From sequence record DRR723986_1318: a DNA stretch of 38,028 bases. The stretch is one strand, 5' to 3'. Positions 27,884-35,724 of this stretch are shown here, piece after piece. The stretch's first letter is position 1. Every line of letters starts with the position of its first letter. The notes under the pieces were generated by a model. It made no database searches and was not told the origin of the DNA. It saw only the letters and a list, made by a program, of their open reading frames with translations. Both the position numbers and the translations under genes were made by a program.

Positions 27884-28133
27884 TGAGTTCTTTCCCCCTG
27901 TATGCGGCGGTGACCTAGTAGGTGATACTAGAAACGCGCTATTCACGCGGACAGTACATATGACGCCGATTGCGGTGGGCAATTAGTACCAAGGAAGGTT
28001 TCGTGGCGATAACGGATATAAGCTTGGCGGGCTGGGATGCAATATTCTGCGGCGGCGCGGTTTTAGCGGGTAAATGGGCTATCTAGCATGTTGGCATTCT
28101 AATAAACGAAGCCCATGCATCAGGAACCTCATC

Positions 28134-29201
28134 ATGCAAACAATACTGCTACGCCAGCTACTGATCACCGTATGCCTACTCATGCCTTCGGCGCTGTTTG
28201 GCACTACCCTTGAAGACCTTCGGCCGCACCGCCCCAGTTCCGACAAAACCTGGGCAGAACAGTGGTTTTACAATGTTGGCGTGCCCGGCGTGGGCCTGTT
28301 TAAAATTAGTTTGCAAACCTATATCGCGCCGGATTTTAAACAGGCTAATGCAAAAGCGTATATACATCTGGCGTTCACGCCCTTGCAGGGAAAAACGGTT
28401 AAATACGACATTTTTCGCGACGACCTGATTCTGCGGGGGTATGACGATGCCGAGCAGTTTCACTACGAGGTGCCGGGCATCGTGGTTGCCAATAACGATA
28501 TGCTCACGGTCACCCATGACAACTTTCATTTCACTATGCGCTGGAATGGTGAACACGCTCACTACTGGCACGGTTCAAACCCGGGCCAAACGCCGTTCAG
28601 TTTTGTGCCCGAGCTACCGGGGGTGGGCGGTAAGTGGTTCTTGTATACCGTTGGCACGCCGGTGCTTTACCGTTTTTCCGACGGCGAGCAGTCGCTCAGC
28701 GGTACCGGTTATACGCAGCTCGATAAGGGGTGGTACGACAAGGAATCGAGCAACGGCATGATCTATAGCATGGGAGTCTCTGATGACCTCCACTACATGC
28801 TGACGGGGGCAAAAGTGGGTACATCCAGCATTGAAATGTGGGGCGGGCGCTATATTTCAAAGGACCACGACCTGATTTTTTACCCCACCTTTAACAATCT
28901 TACGGTAAAGCGGGAGTACGACTCCTGCGCCGGCTATCTGAAGGTTGAGATGCGTAAACTGCGTTACAAAATGGTGATGGAGGCGCGCTCTGCGTTAAGT
29001 GATTTTTACTCTCAGGCTTTCCCGTCGGTGATCATCTTTGGTGGCGAGCAAAAGTATATGAAGTCGATGAAGGCCGCGGCTACGTTTACGCTATACCAGG
29101 GTGATGAGCTTGCCGAAGTGATTCAAATGCCTCAGGTCCTGCTTGAGTTCAGCGGCCCGTTCTACTGTGATGAGATGCCGCCTTTGCAGCCCGATGCCTG
29201 A
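28134..29201 (+). CDS. Secreted hypothetical protein, possible tocopherol-cyclase/CrtC-like double beta-barrel fold
   Basis: Signal peptide MQTILLRQLLITVCLLMPSALFG; aromatic-rich and beta-like; WAEQWFY and GTGYTQLDKGW resemble the ExWYF and GxGYxE/DKxWG motifs; RBS AGGA. The ORF is well supported, the fold call is tentative. Confidence 0.65.
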   Translation: MQTILLRQLLITVCLLMPSALFGTTLEDLRPHRPSSDKTWAEQWFYNVGVPGVGLFKISLQTYIAPDFKQANAKAYIHLAFTPLQGKTVKYDIFRDDLILRGYDDAEQFHYEVPGIVVANNDMLTVTHDNFHFTMRWNGEHAHYWHGSNPGQTPFSFVPELPGVGGKWFLYTVGTPVLYRFSDGEQSLSGTGYTQLDKGWYDKESSNGMIYSMGVSDDLHYMLTGAKVGTSSIEMWGGRYISKDHDLIFYPTFNNLTVKREYDSCAGYLKVEMRKLRYKMVMEARSALSDFYSQAFPSVIIFGGEQKYMKSMKAAATFTLYQGDELAEVIQMPQVLLEFSGPFYCDEMPPLQPDA

Positions 29202-29307
29202 AGAGTGGGGTGGTCGCTTAGGACAGATGATCTTGGTGGGAATCTCCATTCTAGTCGCTGTATCAAATCGGTAACCTTTTCGTAGAACTTACGAACGGGG
29301 CAGGCCG

Positions 29308-30417
29308 ATGTCATCACTCTCAACGTTACCGAAAACATCCTTTGCGATGGTGCAAACCGGAGTAAGGCAGCTTGAAGGGCGGGATATCCCAATGCCGCAA
29401 ATTGATGACGAAAGCGCGATTCTTCAGGTTGAAGCCTGCGGGATTTGCGGCAGCGACTATGAGCAGTATGAAGGCCACCTTCCGGTGCCATATCCGTCAA
29501 TACCCGGGCATGAACCGCTTGGCAAGATTGTTGCGATTGGCGATAAGGCTGCGCACCGCTGGGGAGTGGACGTTGGCGACCGGGTAGCGGTTGAGACCCA
29601 GATCGCATGCCATCACTGTTCTACCTGTCACAGCGGCCGCTATCAGCATTGTGGCGATATTCGCGTCTATTCGTTTTTACCGCTCTCGTTACCGCCCGGC
29701 CTTTGGGGCGCCTACTCGCAGTATATGTATATTGATCCAAACTCCATTGTGCACAAAATGGATCCAGAGTTGCCGCCTGAAATAGCCGTGATGTTCAACC
29801 CATTGGGAGCGGGCTTTCGCTGGGCGGTGGAACTGCCGCAAACTAAACTCGGCGATACCATTTTAATTATGGGGCCGGGCCAGCGCGGCTTGGCCAGTGT
29901 GATTGCTGCCCGTGAAGCGGGTGCGGGAACCATCATTGTCACTGGCTTGCAAGCTGACGCGGATAAGCTCGATCTGGCTCGACTCTACGGCGCTGACCAC
30001 ACCATTGATGTAGAGAATGAAAACGCGAAGCAGCGGGTGAAGGAAATTACCGGCGGCAAGGGGGTGGATATCGTGGTGGACCTCACGCCCTATGCCACGC
30101 AACCGGTAGTGGATGCCATCAGCTTTGCGCGTCGTGGTGGCACCATTGTGCTCGCGGGTATGAAGGGGTTTAAAGAAGTCCCTGGTTTTATCAGTGACAA
30201 AGTGATCGGCAAAGAGTTGACGATACAGGGTGCCAGTGGTGTGACTTCCAGTGGCTATCGCTCGGCAATACGCACGATTGAGTCCGGTCGTTTCCCGCTG
30301 GAGGCCATGCACACCCATAATTTCAAATTAGAGGAGGCCGAGTTGGCGATCAAAACACTTGCTCGGCAGATCCCGGGACAAGAGTCCATTCATTCCTGCC
30401 TGTTGCCTGAGCACTGA
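29308..30417 (+). CDS. Zinc-dependent alcohol dehydrogenase (MDR family)
   Basis: CGICGSD, PGHE, structural Zn site C-x2-C-x2-C-x7-C and GPGQRG Rossmann motif. Confidence 0.93.
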   Translation: MSSLSTLPKTSFAMVQTGVRQLEGRDIPMPQIDDESAILQVEACGICGSDYEQYEGHLPVPYPSIPGHEPLGKIVAIGDKAAHRWGVDVGDRVAVETQIACHHCSTCHSGRYQHCGDIRVYSFLPLSLPPGLWGAYSQYMYIDPNSIVHKMDPELPPEIAVMFNPLGAGFRWAVELPQTKLGDTILIMGPGQRGLASVIAAREAGAGTIIVTGLQADADKLDLARLYGADHTIDVENENAKQRVKEITGGKGVDIVVDLTPYATQPVVDAISFARRGGTIVLAGMKGFKEVPGFISDKVIGKELTIQGASGVTSSGYRSAIRTIESGRFPLEAMHTHNFKLEEAELAIKTLARQIPGQESIHSCLLPEH

Positions 30418-30462
30418 GAGATTCCTTCCTAGCTGAGAGCCGCCACCCAGGTTTCGGCTGTT

Positions 30463-30500
30463 GCCTCTGACCCAGTCGCGCGGGGTCAGGGGCTTTTTTT
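30463..30500 (+). terminator. Rho-independent terminator
   Basis: GCCTCTGACCC-loop-GGGTCAGGGGC followed by T7, between convergent genes. Confidence 0.85.
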
Positions 30501-30508
30501 GTGTATGA

Positions 30509-31039
30509 CTACTCTGAGGGTTGGGAAAGGGTTAGCTTCTGCGCCGCATAACGCTCGGTGTATTTCCTGAACTTCTTGAACATACTGCGGTTGACCCTAG
30601 TCATAATGGGGCGGGCGATCGTGTCGCGCCAACTGGGGCCGCCGCGCTTCTCCATTGCCATATACCACTCGACTTTGCAGCAACCATTGCCCAGATCCGT
30701 TACGCGGTAGTCCTCCAGGAATTTTTCTGGGTTCTCTTTATTAGAGGCGACAAAAGTAAATGCCATGCGCTTACCGCGTTCCCAGGCAATGAATTCTTCA
30801 TATACTTTCATATCGCCCATCATATAAACGGTTCGCGTGGTGCCCACGCCAAATGGTTTTGGCGATGTCCATTCCACCCGCTGTATCGGGAAGGCCCATT
30901 GTGTCCAGGCAATTTCATTTTCGAAGACATCAAATATTTGCTCGGGACTGGCTTTTACAATTTCTTCGCATCGATACACGGTGCTGGCTTCGTCAAGAAA
31001 CGACAGCCCAACCGCAACGCACTCATAGCAGTCATTCAT
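30509..31039 (-). CDS. SRPBCC/START (polyketide cyclase/dehydrase-like) lipid-binding protein
   Basis: ASPEQIFDVF...W..W...VEWTSPKPFGVGTTRTV...EEFIAWE.GKRMAF pattern. Confidence 0.85.
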   Translation of the reverse strand: MNDCYECVAVGLSFLDEASTVYRCEEIVKASPEQIFDVFENEIAWTQWAFPIQRVEWTSPKPFGVGTTRTVYMMGDMKVYEEFIAWERGKRMAFTFVASNKENPEKFLEDYRVTDLGNGCCKVEWYMAMEKRGGPSWRDTIARPIMTRVNRSMFKKFRKYTERYAAQKLTLSQPSE

Positions 31040-31260
31040 AGGTGTTCTCTCTTCTTATCCAGGCGAGGCTTTGTTGTATTTAGGTGCACATGTCTATAGC
31101 CACACATGCCAGACCTCAGTGTTGCATTGGGCAATACAGAGATCGATAGACCTACTTCGATGTGACGCCTTTTGATACCGCGTTTTCCGATTTGGAAACA
31201 GTATTTGTGGTAACGCCTCCAGCGAGCGAGGTCGCCGGAGGGAAATGTCGCGCTAATGCC

Positions 31261-32274
31261 CTAGAGTTCGGGTGCTGGCAATATGGTCAGGTTGGATACC
31301 AGCGCATCCGCATCAGCGAATAGCGTGCTGAGTATGTGGGCGCGCTTTAACAGCAGGTGTATGGGCATTTCGCGGGTGAAGCCCATCGCGCCATGTATTT
31401 GAATCGCCGCTTCTGCATTTTCGATTGCCGCTTTTTGTGCAGCCAGTTTGGCCGCAAGGGCATCGAAGGTCGCTTCTGAATGGTGGCTATCAAACTCCAG
31501 GGCCGCCTGGGTGGTTAATGCCAGCGCGGCTTCATGTCGCAGCGCCATATCGGCGCAGTAGTGCTTAATTGATTGAAACGCGCCGATAGGTTTGCCGAAT
31601 TGTTCGCGCTCGTTGGCGTAGCTCACGGCGAGGGAAAGTGCTTGCTCCGCTATACCTGTTAGCATTGCGGAACAGAGAATTAATGCTTGCTCAAAGACAC
31701 GACAGTTACTGGTGGCCAGCGGTGTTTGATCCACCAGGTGCAAGCTGTTTAGTGACAGGCTTTCGTCAGTGCATTGCTGGCTTGTAAGCGAGGCACTATC
31801 GATTGGTAGCACGGCGCTTTGGCTGGGTGTCACAACGAGCAACATATCGCAGTGCTCGGCGTCCAATACGTAGAACTCGCCGTTTACGCGCTGATCAGAT
31901 ATGCCGGCACCGGGGCGCGCAATGGCCGGTGCAATTCGGCAAGTGCCATCGATCAGTGACCTGGCGGTATCAGCCAGCCCGGCGTCGAGTAGCACGCGCG
32001 CGCCCAGACTGGATGCGATAAGCAAGGGGCTGATCAGATTTTTGCCGGCCTCGATGAATAGCAACATTTCTTCAGCGGCGCCTAATCCTGCGCCGTCAAT
32101 GACTTCATCCTGAGCAATGGAAAGCCAGCCAAGTTCTGCGAGGTTTTGCCAGCTTGCTGCGTCGCCCTGTGGCTTGGTGGCGTCAACCAGTCGTGAAAGC
32201 GGTAGCTCCGAGTGCAAAAATGCTTTGAAAGCATCGACAATTTGGGTTTGGTCGGCGTTTGGCAAGTAATCCAT
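31261..32274 (-). CDS. Acyl-CoA dehydrogenase, non-catalytic (short) subunit
   Basis: LAELGW, REQFGKPIGAFQSIKH.CADM and IQIHGAMGFT.E..HLLLKRA; no SEPxAGSD motif; RBS GAGGAG before MDYLP. Confidence 0.9.
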   Translation of the reverse strand: MDYLPNADQTQIVDAFKAFLHSELPLSRLVDATKPQGDAASWQNLAELGWLSIAQDEVIDGAGLGAAEEMLLFIEAGKNLISPLLIASSLGARVLLDAGLADTARSLIDGTCRIAPAIARPGAGISDQRVNGEFYVLDAEHCDMLLVVTPSQSAVLPIDSASLTSQQCTDESLSLNSLHLVDQTPLATSNCRVFEQALILCSAMLTGIAEQALSLAVSYANEREQFGKPIGAFQSIKHYCADMALRHEAALALTTQAALEFDSHHSEATFDALAAKLAAQKAAIENAEAAIQIHGAMGFTREMPIHLLLKRAHILSTLFADADALVSNLTILPAPEL

Positions 32275-32390
32275 AGCGCTCAAGCTCTCCTCTCTAAGTA
32301 CCGTCATTGTGGTCAGTCCAGATAGCGACCGCTAGTACGAATATGTATCCAAACACGACAGGTCTATTCCTTGGGCTGGTCACACTAGCG

Positions 32391-33377
32391 CTAGCGATAT
32401 TCGGAGACTTTTTTACCCGTCCAGGTTTTGAAGGCGCGACGAAAGTTACTCACATTGGTAAAGCCCACCAGATACGCGATCTCCTTGGGGGTCAAACTGG
32501 TGTGGCTCAGGTATTGAATGGCGAGTTCCTTGCGGGTGTCATTAACCAGTTCCTGGTAGCTGGTATTTTCTTCGCGCAATCGCCGAGCGAGGGTGCGTGG
32601 CCCGAGGGAAAGCCGGGCGGCCATGTCCTCCATCGACAGGAACTTCCCGGGCATATTCAGCAGAATGTAACGAATGCGCTCGGCGATCGCGTCGGTATCA
32701 TCCTTTTGACGGATAAGCTGTTGGCAGAGCTGATCACACACTGAAAAAACATCTTCATCGGCCAGTGCTATTGGGTCCTGCAATCGTTGACGGTCAAAAT
32801 GAATGACGTCACAAGGCTGGTTAAAACTAATCGGGCAATCAAAATATTTTCGATATTTATCGCTGTGCTCGGGCTCGGGAAAACTGAACTGTATGCGCAA
32901 GGGTTTGAATGGCTTATTGGTCAGTGACGAAGAGAGTGTCACTGCCCGCGACACAAACTCTTCCACTGCATTCATATACAAGCTACCCAAGGGGAAGGAC
33001 TCCTTTACCTCGCAAGTCCAGCTATCACCGCTAACGTAGTCTTGTGGCACCACTAAGTGCTCATTTAGCCGATGGTAGCGGTGTATCACGGTGCGGGCTT
33101 GGGCCAGCGTGGCGCTGCTTAAGGCGGCGTAGCCCAGAACGCCCAGATCACTTACCTTGACTTCGTTGCCTAGCTCCAAGCCCAGATAGGGTCGACGGGT
33201 AAGCTTGATCATATTGGATAGCACCATGCGGTATTGATCGGCGCTGGCTTTAAAATCACCGTGGGTAACGGTTTCCTCGTCCAGGTGAGTTCCTTCTAGT
33301 ACGCGGTGTGCTGCATAGCCTCGCTCACGCATGCGGTTAAGGTAAAATGTTAGCTTATTCTTTTGTTCTTTTAGCAT
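32391..33377 (-). CDS. AraC family transcriptional regulator (OruR/VqsM type)
   Basis: LGLELG...LGVLGYAALSSATL and RTLARRL...TSYQEL...EIAYLVGF..SNFRRAFKTWTG; start at MLKEQ is uncertain. Confidence 0.92.
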   Translation of the reverse strand: MLKEQKNKLTFYLNRMRERGYAAHRVLEGTHLDEETVTHGDFKASADQYRMVLSNMIKLTRRPYLGLELGNEVKVSDLGVLGYAALSSATLAQARTVIHRYHRLNEHLVVPQDYVSGDSWTCEVKESFPLGSLYMNAVEEFVSRAVTLSSSLTNKPFKPLRIQFSFPEPEHSDKYRKYFDCPISFNQPCDVIHFDRQRLQDPIALADEDVFSVCDQLCQQLIRQKDDTDAIAERIRYILLNMPGKFLSMEDMAARLSLGPRTLARRLREENTSYQELVNDTRKELAIQYLSHTSLTPKEIAYLVGFTNVSNFRRAFKTWTGKKVSEYR

Positions 33378-33531
33378 GCTGGGCTCGCACTCGTGTAAAT
33401 AGGGTCCATTAATTTTATTGTCTGAAATAGATACAACTCCTATCAATTCTGATCCCGTCCTATTGTTCCTGTCAACGGAGTGCTGGAGTAAAGTAAGTTT
33501 TAAATAATGGATTACTTAAGGCGAATACGGC

Positions 33532-34689
33532 ATGAATCTCTCTTTCACATTGGAGCAGGAGCAACTGCGTACACAGGTGCGCGAATGGTTGCAGGAAAAT
33601 GTGCCGTCGCAGCCGCGCCCGCCTTCTACCTCAGTTGAAGCGAAAGATTTTGACCTCGCATGGCAGCGCTGTTTGTACGACGGTGGTTGGGCGGGTGTGT
33701 CTTGGCCGGTGGAGTACGGCGGACGAGGGCTGGATGCAATCGAGCAGCTGATATTCCTGCAAGAATACGCCAAGGCAGGAGCGCCGGACGAGGGCTTCCG
33801 TTTCAACGGACTAAATTTAGGCGGGCCGACAATTATCGCTTTTGGCAGTGATGAGCAGAAGCGGGAATATCTACCGCCAATTCTGAGAGGAGAGACGGTG
33901 TGGTGTCAGGGCTTTTCTGAACCGGGCGCAGGCTCCGATCTGGCCTCCTTGCGAACCAGGGCGGTTGTGGATGGCGATGAGCTGGTCATCAATGGTCAAA
34001 AGATCTGGACCAGCTTCGCCCGCTTTGCCGATTACCAGCAGGTGCTGGTGCGCACAGACCCCGAATCCGAACGTCATCATGGCCTGTCATGGGTTGTGCT
34101 GAAAATGGACACACCAGGGATTACGGTTCGCCCCATCGTAGATATGGCGGCGGGGGATGACCTTCACGAGGTGTTCTACGAAGATGTGAGGGTGCCAATT
34201 CGCAATGTGGTGGGCGGGGTCAATAATGGCTGGCGAGTGGCTATGGGGCAATTGGGCTTTGAGCGTGGTTCGGCGTTTATGCCCTTACAAATTGAACTTG
34301 CCCGCGCTGTGAATGAGCTGGGTGAGGCGATTGCGCAGCGTTACCGCACGCTAGGTGGCGGCGAGGGGCATTTGAATGCGATTGTGCAGCTTCGAGCCGA
34401 AGTCAGGGCCTTGCAGGCGATGACGTTAATGGCCGTGTCACGAATTCGCCGGTCCGGTATTCCCGGTGCAGAGGGCTCGTTATTGAAACTGCACTACTCG
34501 GAGTTAATAAAAAAACTCGGCCGTATCGCGATGTCGGCGCTGGGTGCTGACCGTATTAATTTATCGGGTGATACCGGGCGCTGGCCTCACTGGCTGCTTT
34601 GGTCCTACGGTGTTTCCCTGGGCGGTGGCACCACGGAGATTCAAAAAAATATCATCGCTGAGCGAATGTTGAACTTACCGCGATCGTAA
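33532..34689 (+). CDS. Acyl-CoA dehydrogenase, catalytic subunit
   Basis: WPVEYGGRG, WCQGFSEPGAGSDLASL, NGQKIWTS, LGFERG and GGTTEIQKNIIAERMLNLPR. Confidence 0.93.
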   Translation: MNLSFTLEQEQLRTQVREWLQENVPSQPRPPSTSVEAKDFDLAWQRCLYDGGWAGVSWPVEYGGRGLDAIEQLIFLQEYAKAGAPDEGFRFNGLNLGGPTIIAFGSDEQKREYLPPILRGETVWCQGFSEPGAGSDLASLRTRAVVDGDELVINGQKIWTSFARFADYQQVLVRTDPESERHHGLSWVVLKMDTPGITVRPIVDMAAGDDLHEVFYEDVRVPIRNVVGGVNNGWRVAMGQLGFERGSAFMPLQIELARAVNELGEAIAQRYRTLGGGEGHLNAIVQLRAEVRALQAMTLMAVSRIRRSGIPGAEGSLLKLHYSELIKKLGRIAMSALGADRINLSGDTGRWPHWLLWSYGVSLGGGTTEIQKNIIAERMLNLPRS

Positions 34690-34834
34690 ATTTGCCTTTC
34701 AGGCGGCGCGTTGTATGGCTTCCTCCGGCATCGAGTAATTGACCAGATTTGTATAGCCACATAGGAGGATTTCGACAACGCATCCTCTGCAGCCTCGTGC
34801 GATAGTGATTTGTAAAATGCACTGTGAGGTTGCT

Positions 34835-35722
34835 GTGGCCTATAAACCATCCATCGATCCTTGGATCAACGTCAACATGGGTGACGTTGCCGATCTAGAT
34901 TATATGCAAGCTGTGAAACGCGATTATTTTCGCGGAGATGACAGCTTTTTCAAAAATATTACCCCAGATGAGCTGATTGCTGAGATGGACGGTAATGGCG
35001 TAGAGAAAGCGCTGGTTACCTACAGTCTTGAAGATCCTAAAGCTTGGATTCTGGATTTTCCAAAACGCTACCCGGGACGCTTCTTCCTGGCAGTCGTTCC
35101 CGATTTAAAACGCGGCATGAAAACCTTATGGGAGCTGGAAGAGTTAGCGCGAGAGTATCCTGTGGCGCTGGCGCGTGTCGCACCTTTTCAGCTAAACGTG
35201 GCGCCCAACGAAGCATTGTATTTCCCGTTTTATAGCAAGTGCATCGAAATGGATTTGCCCGTCGGTATCAATACCGGTATCTGCGGGCCTCCTCTGCCAA
35301 GCGAGTGCCAGAACCCCATGCACCTGGATAAGGTGTGCCACCATTTTCCCGAGTTAAAACTCATTATGCAGCACGGCGCAGACCCGTGGTGGGATTTCGC
35401 TCTTCGTTTGATGATCAAGTACCGAAATCTTTACATGATGACGTCGGCCTACGCGCCGCGACATTTCCCCGCGTCATTACTGCACTTCATGAAAACGCGT
35501 GGCAAAAAGAAAGTCATGTTCGCCTCGGATCACCCGGTTCTCAGTATTGAGCGCTGTGTGCGTGAGGCTCACGAGCTGGATGTCGATGAAGGGCTGTTAG
35601 AAGACTTTCTCTATAACACTGCTGAGCGCGTTCTTTTTGGAAAACGTCACTCGCGCTACGGCGAGTTCGCCATCGATTCTTATACGCGTGACACCATGCG
35701 TGACATCAAGAAGGAAGCATAG
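34835..35722 (+). CDS. Amidohydro_2 family protein, Rv3510c/CouO-like
   Basis: YPGRF, P..ALYFPFYSKC, FPELK...HGADPW, TSAYAP..FP and KVMFASDHP; GTG start at 34835 after GAGGT. Confidence 0.85.
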   Translation: MAYKPSIDPWINVNMGDVADLDYMQAVKRDYFRGDDSFFKNITPDELIAEMDGNGVEKALVTYSLEDPKAWILDFPKRYPGRFFLAVVPDLKRGMKTLWELEELAREYPVALARVAPFQLNVAPNEALYFPFYSKCIEMDLPVGINTGICGPPLPSECQNPMHLDKVCHHFPELKLIMQHGADPWWDFALRLMIKYRNLYMMTSAYAPRHFPASLLHFMKTRGKKKVMFASDHPVLSIERCVREAHELDVDEGLLEDFLYNTAERVLFGKRHSRYGEFAIDSYTRDTMRDIKKEA

Positions 35723-35724
35723 CT

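Noticed and set aside
27884-27982. 33-aa N-terminal extension of the receptor given by the ORF track
   Set aside because: The signal peptide and a purine-rich RBS fit ATG 27883; similar over-extended starts were trimmed for 10956, 13579, 14697, 28074, 32307, 33446 and 34805
31092-31112. Possible sigma54 promoter (TGGCA... on the minus strand)
   Set aside because: The GG-to-GC spacing is 8 nt rather than the required 10
32307-32744. 145-aa plus-strand ORF
   Set aside because: Typical antisense translation of an AraC HTH region
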